A stretch of 64,000 nt of DNA, from assembly GCF_006345805.1 (NCBI RefSeq), contig NC_043001.1, positions 128,836,001-128,900,000 on the forward strand. The letters run 5' to 3'. The stretch is from Octopus sinensis. Its lineage: Eukaryota. The translations under genes were made by a program, and so were the position numbers. How positions within the stretch are numbered: the stretch's first letter is position 1; every line of letters starts with the position of its first letter. Shown piece after piece: positions 50,385-63,908 of the stretch. Below the pieces are notes generated by a model. That model saw nothing but the letters and a program-made list of their open reading frames with translations. It ran no database searches and was not told where the DNA came from.

Positions 50385-51465
50385 TTATCTATGCATGTAT
50401 ACACACATGCAAATATATGTGTGCTTGTGTGTGTGTGTGTGTGCATATGTAAGTGCAGCCATGGTTCTCTAGTTAAGCTGGTCACTTTGCAGCTACACAG
50501 TTCAATCCCACTGCACAATACCTTGGCCAATTGTCTTTTATCTTAGCCAACATGGTTATAAGTCAAATGACTGACACCAGTAAATTAACAAAAGATTTAC
50601 GGTGCTGTGACACATTTTACTCATGGCAGTTGGTGACCTATAGTTGCGTAAATCTCAGAGAGATGAATAAGATTATATCACTAAACATTATCATGCAATG
50701 CAATGCAAGGCAAGGCAATCTGATGCAACACAATAGATTGACTTCAAAGTAAACATTGTCCATTGTATGTGGAAGATTTACTGATTGAAGTCTGAAGTTG
50801 TCAGTGGATGAGAAGACCTACAAATTCTGCAATGAGAGTGCATCTTGTCTAATCTATTGCATCAAATACACAATACAAAGGGAAGTCAATTTCCTTATCT
50901 TCTTTTTAAATATTTGAGACCAGTTCTTAGAATCTGCAGTTGCCTTTGGTTTGCTTTAGTTTAGATTTGGATTAGTTCAATATCTACATATAGTGTTCTA
51001 ATTAATCAGATAATTCTGTAAAGACAGGATCATCTCATTTATGTGAAAAACAACGACATCTACACCAATAACAGTGAAAACAACAGTTATCTTGTTTTTT
51101 GTTTTTTTTTACATTTTTTTGAAATTGTATTCTTTGTTTTATTGTTGTTGATTAGCTCCAGGTTAGCTGTGGTTAAGTATGTCTATAATTAAAAATGTGT
51201 TAGCTATGGCTAATCAGTTATTTTTTACATTGAGCACTACATTCTCTAATGTCTTTTATCTTTTATCCTTTGCTTGTTTCAGTCATTGGATTGTGGCCAT
51301 GCTGGGGCACTACCTTGAAAAATCTTTAGTCAAATGAGCTGACCACAGTACTTATATTGTTTCAAAGTCTGGTACTTCTTACTCTATTGATCTCTTTTGC
51401 CAAACCACTAAGTTACAGGGATGTGAACTTAACACTGGTTGCTAAGCAGTGGTGGGAGACAGACA

Positions 51466-51508
<43 letters not shown>

Positions 51509-52784
51509 GCATGCGATGGGCTTCTTTCATTTTCTGTCTACTAAATCCACACTCAAGGCTTTGGTTTGGTCAACCCAGGGCTATAGTAGAAAACACTTGC
51601 CCAAGGTGCTTTGCAGCAAGACTGAACCTAGATCCATGCAGTTGGAAAGCAAGCTTCTTGCCACCCCTGCACCTGCATCTATAATTGTTTTTAAGGTGGT
51701 ATGATGTGATTTCAGGACATTTGGCTGCTATTACTAAAAAGATGAGAAACCACATAGAAACTCCATTGTAGGTTCAATTTATGTTTATTGTAGAAAAAAA
51801 TGGCTTGTAATATTTAGAGACTTTGTTTTACATTCAAATCTTCTTAGGGACAAGTTTGATTATTGTTCTTTTTGGTTAAGTGAGTAATTACCACAATATA
51901 CTGTAAGCTAGGCCAACTACAGAGGTCAACTTTTCTTTCATCTCTCTGTTGGGGTTAATAAAACTAAGTATTAATCAGTTACTGAGGTCAACTGTATCAG
52001 CTAAACCCCTCCCCTCAAAAAGTACTGGCCTTCTGCTTATATCAGCAGTCATCATTTAAAAAAAATTATTATTAGGGTAATGAATTGGCAGAATATTTGG
52101 AGCTTTGCAATATTTCTGAGTTCATGTTCTGAGTTCAAATCTTACAGATGTCATCTTTGCTCTACACTCTTTCGGGAGTCAACAAATAACACCACTTATT
52201 ATTAGGGTGGTAGACTGGTAGAATGGTTAGAATGATTGAGAAAATGACTTTAAGTATTTCTAGTCCTTTATATTCAAAGTTCAAATTCCACTGAGGCTAA
52301 TTTTGTCTTTCATCTCTCTAGGGTTGATAAGATGAAGTACTAGGGTTCAAATAATTGACTCCTTCTTCACCAAATTTCTCAATCTTGCTTCCAAATATAT
52401 ATCATAGTGCAAACACTAGAAATTGCTATTAGTTTATATATCAAGGTAAGAAATCATTTATAAAATGCTTTGCTGTGAGTTCAGATCCCACTGAAGCCAG
52501 TTTTACTCCTCATCTATCCAGAGCAGGTATACTAAATTACAGGTCGAAATTTGTAACCTTGTCCCCAGGTTAGAAATTATTATTACTATTATAACTGATG
52601 TCGAGTAGGCAGAATTGTTAGCTGGGCAAAATGCTTCACAGTATGTCTTCTGGCTCTTTATGTTCTGTGTTCAAATCCCACCAGGGTCATTTTTGCCCTG
52701 TATTGCTAACCAATGCCTTGTAAATGAATTTGATAGACAAGAAACTATGAGCAAGCTTGTTGTATATATATATATATATATATA

Positions 52785-53189
52785 CTAGCAGTATAGCCTG
52801 GCGTTGCTCGGGTTTGTTTTCTTTTTGACCGTTTAGAATTGGAATTTTTGAAAAGTAAAAATTTTGCATTATGTAGCTTGTTATTCTCTTTAAGTGAGCA
52901 TTTTTCTGGCTGAAATACACCGAAAAATGGCAACACAGCAGTCAAAAAATTGTAAAAAATAGAAATTTTCATAGAAAAAAAGCACCTTTTTGATGTAAAT
53001 AATTTTAGGTCTTAACATGGTCCGATTTGAATTTTTTCTTCTACAAAAGGAAGAGCAAGCCTTCTATCATACTCTCAGTTTTGATCAACTTGTGCCGCAA
53101 GGTCTTGGAGGAGATAGTGTTAGTTGAAAGCTACCAAACCTGCTACACACACACACACACACAGACAACTTCAGTTTTATATATATAGA
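52785..53189 (-). mobile_element. Non-autonomous Helitron-like element H1, copy c
   Basis: Reverse complement of 47277-47674 with the same A|TC and CTAG|T ends. Confidence 0.88.
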
Positions 53190-53721
53190 TATATATATAT
53201 GTATATGTATATGTACACACACAAACACACACACACACACGTGTGTGTCTTAGAGTTCGTGTTAGCCTCCCCCACCGAATTAGAATCTGTGTTGGTTTGT
53301 TTACATCCCTGTGAATTGGCGAGAGAATCTGATTGTTAAGTTCCTGGGTAACTGTTTCTTTGAGCATGAAAATTTGTAACATGCTTTAAATATTTTGCAT
53401 ATTTCATAAGCCTTTGCATGTACATGGCATGTTCTATGTATCACATGTTTGGGACATGTAGCCAATAATTATAATAAAAGAAAATGAAATTAAAGCAATC
53501 ATCATCATCATCACTGTCAGCAGTATCATCATCATCATCATCGTCGTCGTTGTCGTTGTTGTTGTATACTTTCAATGCCCAAATGAACGAAGTTCATGTA
53601 TTCTCAAAGAAAAAAACCCCAAAAAGATACAATGCCATAACACGTATTCATGTGCCTTCAAAACATGCTTTCATTTTGTATCCTTTTTTGTTGTCTTGAG
53701 AATATTCTCCTCTCTCTGTGC

Positions 53722-53783
<62 letters not shown>

Positions 53784-53875
53784 GTGTGTGTGTGTGTGTG
53801 TATATCACACATATGTATTATAACACACACACATATATATATACACGCAGTATATATATATATATATATAGGCAT

Positions 53876-53906
<31 letters not shown>

Positions 53907-54058
53907 CATATATAATATATATGCATATATATCAAATTTATAATATATGTGTGTGTGTGTGTATATATATATATATTTACATATATATATAAAATATATT
54001 TGTATATATTACATTTCTAATACATATATATATGTGTGTGTGTGTGTGCATGTGTATA

Positions 54059-54096
<38 letters not shown>

Positions 54097-54143
54097 ACAT
54101 AGATATGCATTATATATATATATCATATATTATATAATGTATA

Positions 54144-54184
<41 letters not shown>

Positions 54185-54223
54185 TTTTATATATATATAC
54201 ATATACATATATTACATATATAA

Positions 54224-54272
<49 letters not shown>

Positions 54273-54438
54273 CACATAAATACAAGGTGATATGTATGGT
54301 GGTTATATAGTTATTCATTTATTTGTTTTCATCATTCTTAATTCTTAAAGCACCTATTATTGTGAACTTAGTTTCTCTTTTCAATCCTCTCATTTTTCAT
54401 ATTTCTATTTTCATGTCTTTATACAAGCACACACGCAT

Positions 54439-54488
<50 letters not shown>

Positions 54489-54908
54489 TCATACTAGTCT
54501 ATATATACACATATACATATAAGTGTGTGTGTAAATGTAGACAGTTTCTCTGTTTCTTTTATAGCCATATTGTCATCTGTTGGAATTGATATAGATTTGG
54601 AGACATTTTGTCTGATGGTCTTTGATAATAGTAGTATGTAGTGAGAAGAGATAGCATCTCATCAATGGGAACAATCTTGCTTTCCAATCAGAACATTTCT
54701 TGTTCAGCTTAAATGTACCATTTCCAATTTAGTGTGAAATGAAAATATCAGATATGTATCTGTACATGTATGGATGACTATATGTATGTATGTGTGTGTG
54801 TGTGTGTGTATGCTTGTAATGTATACATATTTATGTGACAGTGTGTGTGAGTATGTGTGAATGTATTTGTATGAGAGTGTGTGTGAGGGTATTACAATCA
54901 TCAGGGTT

Positions 54909-54968
<60 letters not shown>

Positions 54969-55207
54969 CACACACACACACACATATATATATGTGTGTG
55001 TAGCTATATACATAAAGCTACTCACACAGACACAGAGTCATATATATATATATATCTGTACACATATATAAATATATATCAACACAGCATTGATGTGCAT
55101 GTATGTGTATATACATATATATATACATTATTGTGAACCAAGAATTCAATAAATGATTACTCATTCTTCGGTTCAATATTAACGTGTGTGTGTGTGTGTA
55201 TGTGCGA

Positions 55208-55254
<47 letters not shown>

Positions 55255-55300
55255 AATATGTAAATATATCTGAATATATATATATATATATACATATATA

Positions 55301-56505
55301 TTGGCTCATCCCATAAGTAATGCACTTCTTATACTTCTTTTATTTTTCAAAATTAAAATACTGTTCTTTTTTAATCTAAAATATACCACTCCTTCATTTT
55401 CTACAATGCTCTTCCATCTATCTGGTAGACTTGCAAGGCCCCTCTTCTAAAATTCACTTCATATTTTTTTCTCTCCAAATGATTTTGAAGATTGTAGAAT
55501 AGATGGTAATCAGATGGGACAATGTCCAGCGAATGTGGTGGATGGGGCATTATTTCCCATTCAAACTGCTCCAGTCTTTGGAATGTCATCCTTGCTGTAT
55601 GTGGCTGAGCATTATCTTGATGGCAGAACACCTTTCGTCTTGAAACCAAAGATGGTAATTTTTCTTCTAGTGTTGATTTAAGCTGCTCAAGCTGCTCACA
55701 GTAGGACTCCTTTGTTTTCATTTGGTTTGGGTTTAAAAGTTCAAAGTGGACTAAACTTTCATATCTCACCAAACAGATAATACCGTATGTGGGTGAAGAC
55801 CTTCTTTAGCCTAGGGTGCCAGTGTTTTTTCCTTTCCCTACCCACTGTCTTTGGCACTTGACATTTTTATAGAGAACCTATTTTTTGTCAGTGAACCTAT
55901 TCGGTCCAAAAAAGATTCATTTTTGAGATGTGACAGCAAAGAAGAACACACTTTCACTCTGTGCATTATTAGACTTGGAAGTTTGTGAGGAATCCATCGA
56001 CCCAATTTGCTGACTTTCCTGATGGCAATCAGGTTTCGATGAATGGTTGAATGACAAAATCCAGGTTGCTCTGCTAGTTCCTCAGCAGTTACGATGGGAT
56101 TTTGTTCCATCAGGGTTTGCAGCATATCCTTATTAAGCTCTACAGATCTTCCAGGACAAGGGTCATCTACTAGGCTGTAGTTTCTAGCTCAGAATTTCTG
56201 GAACCACCATTGATTCTGGCTTATGCTTATTGTCCAATCCCCATATACTGCATTAATATTCCTTGCACTTTTCATTGCATTGTTACTTTTATTGAACTCA
56301 TAAAGCAAAATATGCTGAACATGCTCCTTTGTCACTTCCATTATAGCTTTGAAAAAGTAACTGTTAAAATCGAACTGCACTCTTCAAAACTTCAAAAAAA
56401 TTACTACCTGCTTTTATAGCAAGTTGATGTAGGTAGTTTATCATGTGCCCCTTCGACTTTTAGCTCATACAATTAAAAAAACTGCTTATTTATGGTATGA
56501 CCCAA
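55301..56505 (-). mobile_element. Mariner (DD34D) transposon, full length (1205 bp), pseudogenised
   Basis: TA|TTGGCTCATCCCATAAGTAATGCA ... TGCTTATTTATGGTATGACCCAA|TA. Fragments MEVTKEHVQHILLYEF, WIPHKL, HQDNAQPH-(34 residues)-HPPHSLDIVPSDYHLF. Confidence 0.93.
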
Positions 56506-56559
56506 TACATACATACATACATACATACATACGTATATATATATATATATATAATGGAG

Positions 56560-56815
56560 TAAACACATAAATGTGAAACAAGGTGGAAAAAAGAGTACTC
56601 AAATACCAGGGGTAGAGTAATATGCTTTATTTAAAAGCAGCAGAAATTCAACAAAACCTGTTACTCGGAGCTTCATGTTCCCGTTCGTTGGACAACCTGT
56701 TACTCAGAGTTTCACGTTCCCGTTCGTCGGACAGTTTTGTTAAAAACTGTCCGACGAACGGGAACGTAAAACTCCGAGTAACAGGTTTTGTTGAATTTCT
56801 GCTGCTTTTAAATAA
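56560..56815. mobile_element. Penelope pLTR-like fragment with snap-back inversion and 39-bp tandem duplication
   Basis: Inverted arms 56627-56738 and 56743-56815 with 4-nt loop GTTA. The 39-bp unit is repeated at 56655-56693 and 56694-56732. Both sides are flanked by (TA)n. Confidence 0.75.
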
Positions 56816-56821
56816 GTATTA

Positions 56822-56872
<51 letters not shown>

Positions 56873-56875
56873 CAT

Positions 56876-56929
<54 letters not shown>

Positions 56930-57697
56930 ACATACATACAATACATACATACATACATACATACATACATACATGCATGCATGCATGTATGTATAAATAC
57001 ATACATATATCGGCAGTAAAATAATCAAAGCGAATATTTATATAGATGTTCTTATTATCAACTATTTGTATTGGTTTCGATAATAATGACAATATTAATA
57101 TCTATATAAATATTCTGAATATTCTGCTGCTAATTAGTACTTCTCACATTGAGGCTGTCCATATTTTGGTGCTAAGCAATTCAGGTCACCAGCAGATTTC
57201 AATGTGGTGGATTGGGAAGGTGTTTCAAAGAGTTAATATCTGCTGAAGAAGGTAAGATTTTCGTATCAAACCAGAAACCAGTCCACATTTATACCTGTAG
57301 CATCCTCATTTAACATCCGCCTCCCATGCTACCATGAGTGGGATTATATATACATATATGTAAATGTAGATATATACGCATGTGTGTATGTGTGTGTGTA
57401 ACTATATGTATGTATATATGTATCTCTCTCTCTCTCTATATATATATATATGTATATATATGTAAATATATATATATATGCAAATATATATATTATATAT
57501 ATATATATATACTAAGCAATAAAGGGTTTAGCAACGAGTTGCCTTACCACATACCGAATTTAGAAATAGCAGTCAAAGGGTTATAGCTATTTCTTCTACT
57601 AAAAAGGGAGATCTCAGTAAAAACAGCAATTGGAAGGCAGACACAAACAGGTAAGAGAGAATGAATTGACTGCAATCTATCATACATTTTAAAGTTA

Positions 57698-57803
57698 TCT
57701 ACGGACGTATGTTTCGAAATCAAGTTTTTAGGAAAGCATAAGAATAAATATTAAATATTAAATAATTCTATCTTACCGAAACTTCTTTTCTCTTCAGCGT
57801 AGA
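57698..57803 (-). ncRNA. Type I hammerhead ribozyme motif, intact core
   Basis: TCTACG CTGAAGA GAAA-AG-AAGTTT..AAACTT-GA-TTTC GAAA C-ATAC-G T C CGTAGA: stem I 6 bp, G10.1-C11.1, stem II 4 bp + 2x2 loop + 6 bp, 2-bp stem III, GUC triplet. It sits in a pLTR-like fragment (about 57511-57990). Confidence 0.85.
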
Positions 57804-57988
57804 ATACTATAATCATAAATGATATATATTGAATTTTGAGATACTAGAAGGCACCAACTCAACTCAGTATCAGAGCGAGCTAGAATCCGCAACTAGTATC
57901 ACCGAATTCAATTTGTGAATGAAACGATTGTGTCACCAGCCCCTTCCCACCCGTCTGTGCCCAAAACAAGATGCTGTGGTCATCTACT

Positions 57989-58036
<48 letters not shown>

Positions 58037-58063
58037 TATGTATATGTATATTATAATTGTATA

Positions 58064-58113
<50 letters not shown>

Positions 58114-58124
58114 AATATATATAT

Positions 58125-58155
<31 letters not shown>

Positions 58156-58553
58156 CATTTAAATATTTATGTATATGTATATATACAATTGTATATGAAT
58201 ATAATATACTATAATATATATATATATATATAATATATATTATATACATAATCATACATACATAATACATACATACATACATACATGCATGCATGTATGT
58301 ATGTATGCATGCATATATATAGATACATACATATATCGGCAATAAAATAATCAGAAGCGAATATTTATATAGATGTTCTTACAGATCTGACTGGCCTGGT
58401 GTAGCCTTCGGGCTTGCCAGACCCCAGTTGAACCGTCCAACCCATGCTAGCATGGAAGGCGGACGTTAAACGATGATGATATATATATATATATATAAAT
58501 TTATAAGTATAAATTAATAATTTAAATAATTTTTAAAATTTTAACTTTAAATT

Positions 58554-58592
<39 letters not shown>

Positions 58593-58744
58593 TATATATA
58601 ATATTTGTACATACATTCAAACATACATACCTACATACATACATACATACATACATACATGTATATGTATATGTATATATGTGTGTGTGTGTGCATGTGC
58701 ATAATATATATATATATAGAGAGAGAGAGAGATAGAGAGCAAGG

Positions 58745-59760
58745 TTTACTGGGGAATTCATAGGCTGACTAAGATACTCTCATGGAATGCAACCAAGATA
58801 ATGTTTATTTTTCAACATAGATCCCCTTGTGTTTTACATACTTCTTTCATTGGTGTTGTAATGCTTGGATCTCATTGGAAACAAAAGGCTTTCATCCTGT
58901 TGGTCATCATCAGCAGATATGACATCATCATCACTGCAATGCTGTGTATCCCAGGCAAGTGGTTTTTCATATTCTGGAACAGATGATAACCAGGTGGGGC
59001 AAAATCAGAAGAATAGGAAGGGTGATTAACCTGTTCAAATCCACGGTCATGTGCAGCAACCATTGAAATGAAGGACCTGTGCACTGGGGCATTGTTCCCA
59101 TGAAACAAGACCCCGATTCTGTCAGTTTTCCTGGCTGTTTAGTCTTGATAGCCTATTGGTCTTGATAGCCTCAGCAAGTTGGCATAATACTCTCCATTGA
59201 TGGTGTGGCCCTTTTGGAGATAGTCAATAAACACAATGCCTTTAGTATTCCCAAACACTGAAGGCATCACATTCTCTGCAGATGGCCTTCTTTGGAGGAG
59301 GAGTGTTTTCACTGCATGGATTGTCCCTTTGTTTCTGGCTCAAAGTGATAAACACCACACTCATCCTGGACTTGGAAACTTTTAATAAAACCAATAGGTT
59401 CTGCCTCAAAGAATGTCAGATTTTCTTGTGATTTGATCAGCCTGGTGTGCTTTTGATCAGGTGTCAGAAGATATGGCACACACTGAACAGAAACATTAAT
59501 CATCCCAAGTTCATTGTTCAGAATATTCTCAACTCACTCATGAGATATGCTAACAGCATTGGCTATTTGATTTATGGTCAATCGCCTGTCATCCATTAGC
59601 ATGTGGTGAACACAATCAATGTCTTCTTTGTTGGTGGCAGTTGTAGGACATCCAGATGCTGGCTTCTCTTCAACATTCTCTCTTCTCCTCTTAAACTCCA
59701 CCGCCCACTTTTGCACTGTTGGTAAAGCTGGAGCATCATCCCCTAATATAGCACTATGTC
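58745..59760 (-). mobile_element. Mariner (irritans-like) transposon fragment, 5' end lost
   Basis: KWAVEFKRRRENVEE..DRRLTINQIA, VPYLLTPDQKHTR, DYLQKGHTINGEYYANLL, NAPVH..HPSYSSDFAPPGYHLF, YVEK* at about 58807. Multiple frameshifts. Confidence 0.85.
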
Positions 59761-60407
59761 AGCATGAATGTCCCAGTGTCTAAAGTGGGAATTGAACCCA
59801 TGATCTTATAATCATGAGCACAATAACCTAGCTACTAAGCCACATGCCTTCACTCATGCCTGGGAAGTGAACTTCTTGAGCACACAGCTAAGTTGATACC
59901 TATGTATAGGTACTACGTTGGTGTTAGGAAGGTCATCCATCCATGGAAACCATGCCAAAGCAGACAGTAGATCTTGGTAAATTCCCCTGGCTTGCTGGCT
60001 CCTGTCAAACTGACCAACAGAATCCAGCATAGAAAATAAACATTAAATGATGCTGCTGATGTTGATATATATACTCAACTCTGTTGGTCATTAATGACCA
60101 TGGGTGCACCTAAGAGGTTCCCCTCCGGGGTATAAGTCTGGCCAGAAAGTCACCTCACTAGTGAACACAACCTCAGGTTGATCTTGTGGAAGACCAGCAG
60201 TCACCCATGCATATCATCCCCCCTCTCCACACCACCAATGTTATCCAAGGGAAAGGCAAAGGCCAATACAGCTTGGCACCAATGATGTCACAACTCATTT
60301 CTACAGCTGAGTGAACTGGAGCAATGTGAAATAAAGAGTCTTGCTCAAGAACACAACACGCAACCTGGTGTGTGTATGTGTGTGTGTGTGTTTAGGTGCA
60401 CACATTT

Positions 60408-60641
60408 AAGGTGGCGAGCTGGCAGAACCGTTAGCATGCCGGGCGAAATGCGTAGCCGTATTTCGTCTGCTGTTGCGTTCTGAGTTCAAATTCTGCCGAG
60501 GTCAACTTTGCCTTTCATCCTTTTGGGGTCGATTAAATAAGTACCAGTTATGCACTGGGGTCGATGTAATCGACTTAATACCTATGTCTGTCCTTGTTTG
60601 TCCACTCTAAGTTTAGCCACTTGTGGGTAATAAATAAATAG
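60408..60641 (+). mobile_element. SINE family B1 with 15-bp target-site duplication
   Basis: GTGTTTAGGTGCACA at 60388-60402 and 60642-60656. Confidence 0.88.
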
Positions 60642-60917
60642 GTGTTTAGGTGCACAAACAAACAAAAGAAAAGAGCACTCAATACATGATGGAGAGTTTA
60701 TATTTATAGGCTAAAATTTTGGTTATTCACTCCATTATTACTCAGAGAATCACATACATGAATTACACACGTGATCAATCAGACAATACTACATAAATAA
60801 TGAAGTTAACAATAGTATTTCAACAGTCCATTGAGACTCTCATCTGCTTTTATTTATCCAGCAAAAGGCAGATCAAAATAAAGAATGATTTTCTTGCTCT
60901 TTGTGTTTCTGTCCTGA

Positions 60918-61680
60918 TAGCAAATTCCAATAACATGGTTCTGGGTTCAGTCTCACTCTGTGGCACCTTGGGGAAGTGTCTTCTACTAAAGCCTTGGGTC
61001 AACCAAAACCGTGTGAGTGGATTTTGTTGATGAAAACTGAAAGACAGTTGTATATATGTGTGTGTGTCTGTCCCCCCCCCCCCACTGACTGACAATCGGT
61101 GTTGGTGTGTTTACAATCCCATAGCTTAATGACTCACCAAAAGAGACTGTTATCATAATACCAGGCTTAAAAAAAATAGACAAAGGTTTGTGGTTTATTC
61201 ATTCAACTGAAAACTCTTCAAGGCAGTGCCCCAGCATGGCCATAGTTTACTAACTGAAACAAGTGAAAGATAAGTGGCTGTGTGGTAAGTAGCTTGCTTA
61301 CCAACCACATGGTTCCGGGTTCAGTTTCACAGCGTGGCACCTTGGGCAAGTGTCTTCTACTATAGCCTCGGGCCGACCAATGCCTTGTGAGTGGATTTGG
61401 TAGACGGAAACTGAAAGAATCTTGTCGTATATATGTATATGTCGTATATATATGTATATGTATATATATGTGTGTCTGTGTTTGTCCCCCACCAACATCG
61501 CTTGACAACCGATGCTGGTGTGTTTACGTCCCTGTAACTAAGTGGTTCGGCAAAAGAGACCAATCGAATAAGTACTAGGCTTACAAAAAATAAGTCTTGG
61601 GGTCGATTTGCACGACTAAAGGCGGTGCTCCAGCATGGCTGCAGTCAAATGACTGAAACAAGTAAAAGAGTAAAAGAGTA
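60918..61680 (+). mobile_element. Two family A SINEs in tandem (old 60918-61270, young 61273-61680)
   Basis: The second copy begins directly in the AAAAGA tail of the first. Confidence 0.85.
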
Positions 61681-62043
61681 AAAAGCGTAAGAGTATACAT
61701 ACATACGTACATACATACATACATACGTACATACATACATACATACACACATACATACATGCATACATACATACATACATACATAAATACATATACATGC
61801 ATACATGTACATGCACACAGTCACATACTGAGAGGAACTGTGTCTATTTTTGTTTCTTCTGATAGACAGCTGCACATCTATCTACAGTCATGACATTATT
61901 CAATAACAAATAGTAAAATGGTACTTAATGATAAGTGTAAATAAGATAATAAAACCAGCAACAGAAACATCATTTTCACTGCAAATGAAGATATATATAA
62001 ACTCACATGCAGTGCAAAAAGTATGTAAGTATACATACATTAT

Positions 62044-62079
<36 letters not shown>

Positions 62080-62336
62080 ATATGTATATTTACATGCATA
62101 TATGTGTGTGTATGTGTGTGAACATGTGTGCATATGTGTGTGTGTGTGCATGTGTGTATGTATATATATACATATATATATATAAATATGCATGTATATA
62201 TGTGTGTGTTTATATATATATGACTATATTTATATATGTATGTCTATAACACACATACAAATATACTGTTGTATACATACATACATATGTATGTGCGTGT
62301 ATATATATATATATATATGCGTATATATATATGTGT

Positions 62337-62386
<50 letters not shown>

Positions 62387-62505
62387 TGAAAAACACACTC
62401 ATATATATAAGAGTGTATGTATATGTGTGTGTATATTTATGTATATATGTGTGTATATATATAAATATGTAAATATAGATACACATATATAAGCATATAT
62501 GTATG

Positions 62506-62541
<36 letters not shown>

Positions 62542-63400
62542 TGAGTGTGTGTGTGTGGGTGTGTGCATGCATCTATACACATGCATATACCTGTATATGT
62601 ATCCACAAACTAATGAGTTTCTGACAATTACTTTTATTCTTTTGCATTGCAAAATATCTTTTTTTTTATTTTTGTTTCTGTTTTTCTTTCTTTTTTTTTT
62701 TGTTTTTAGTACTCTTAATCAAACCCATGCTATATTAATCCTCAGATGTATATCTTGTGATTTCTTTTCATTTTTCGTAAATTTTATATATTTTTAAATA
62801 GAAAATACCATCATATCCTTTACAAAAGAAGTTTCACAAAGATTTTTGGGAGAAATAAGTAAAAATCGTCATTGAAACTAAATCTATTTTTGGAAATGAA
62901 TGGAAACCCAAAGACAGGAGGAAAACAAACAAACAAACAAACAAAAATAGCAAAAAGCAAAACAACTCACTCCCCTCAAAAAATAAAGCACAAATAACAC
63001 TAACAAATATATATAAAATTCATTAAAAATAATTAAAGACAAAACAATGGTTTAGTTCAGTTTCGATTAGTTAAGTTTAAGTCAGTGTTGTTGGTTATTT
63101 ATATATAATTCATTAGGTTTTTGATTATATTTTTTTCCTTTTTGTAAGTTTGTTGTGTTGTTTTTCATGTTTTTATGTTGCTTTCTTGAACATTCTACAA
63201 AGTCAAGCAGAAACAAAGGTATGAGAAAAGCCAGGTATGAGAAAGAGTGATTCCACCATGCATGTCATTGTGTAACGGAATCATCTATTTTTGTACAGAA
63301 ATTGGTAATGAGACGCTTGTCATTTTAAAGAGTGTGTGTATGTATGTGTTTATACATACATATATACATACATGCATGCATGCATACATACATGCATACA

Positions 63401-63432
<32 letters not shown>

Positions 63433-63617
63433 CATACATACATACATATATTACATACATACATACATATATAAGTATGTATATAGATAGTGAATATATG
63501 TGTATATGGGTATATATATATAATATATATATATACATATGTAAATACACATACACACATATGTGTATATATGTATGTATATATACTTATATAGAAATAT
63601 ATACATATATATGCATA

Positions 63618-63680
<63 letters not shown>

Positions 63681-63713
63681 ATATAATATATATTTATTTA
63701 TACACATTCTTAC

Positions 63714-63742
63714 TGGATTGCTCGAAGGCGTCTGCATAGAAT
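63714..63742 (-). CDS. Candidate exon 2 (ILCRRLRAI-Q), 29 nt, phase 0 to 2
   Basis: Long (CT)n tract then ctttatag|, donor CCA|gtaaga. CpG-rich. All three frames are open, so the frame is inferred from exon 1. Confidence 0.55.
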
Positions 63743-63860
63743 CTATAAAGTCGGCAGAGAGAGAGAAAGAGGGAGAGAGAAAGAAAGAAACCTACAAAGA
63801 GAGAGAGAGAGAGAGAGAGAGGGAGGAAAAAAAAAACTGAATTACCACATCGAAATTTAC

Positions 63861-63908
63861 CTGAATGCCGTAGGACAGTCTGTGAGCAATCTTCACAGCA
63901 AAGAACAT
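63861..63908 (-). CDS. Candidate first coding exon (MFFAVKIAHRLSYGIQ)
   Basis: TGA TAA GCC ATG (in-frame stops just upstream), donor CAG|gtaaat, 118-nt intron to the next candidate exon. Confidence 0.5.
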
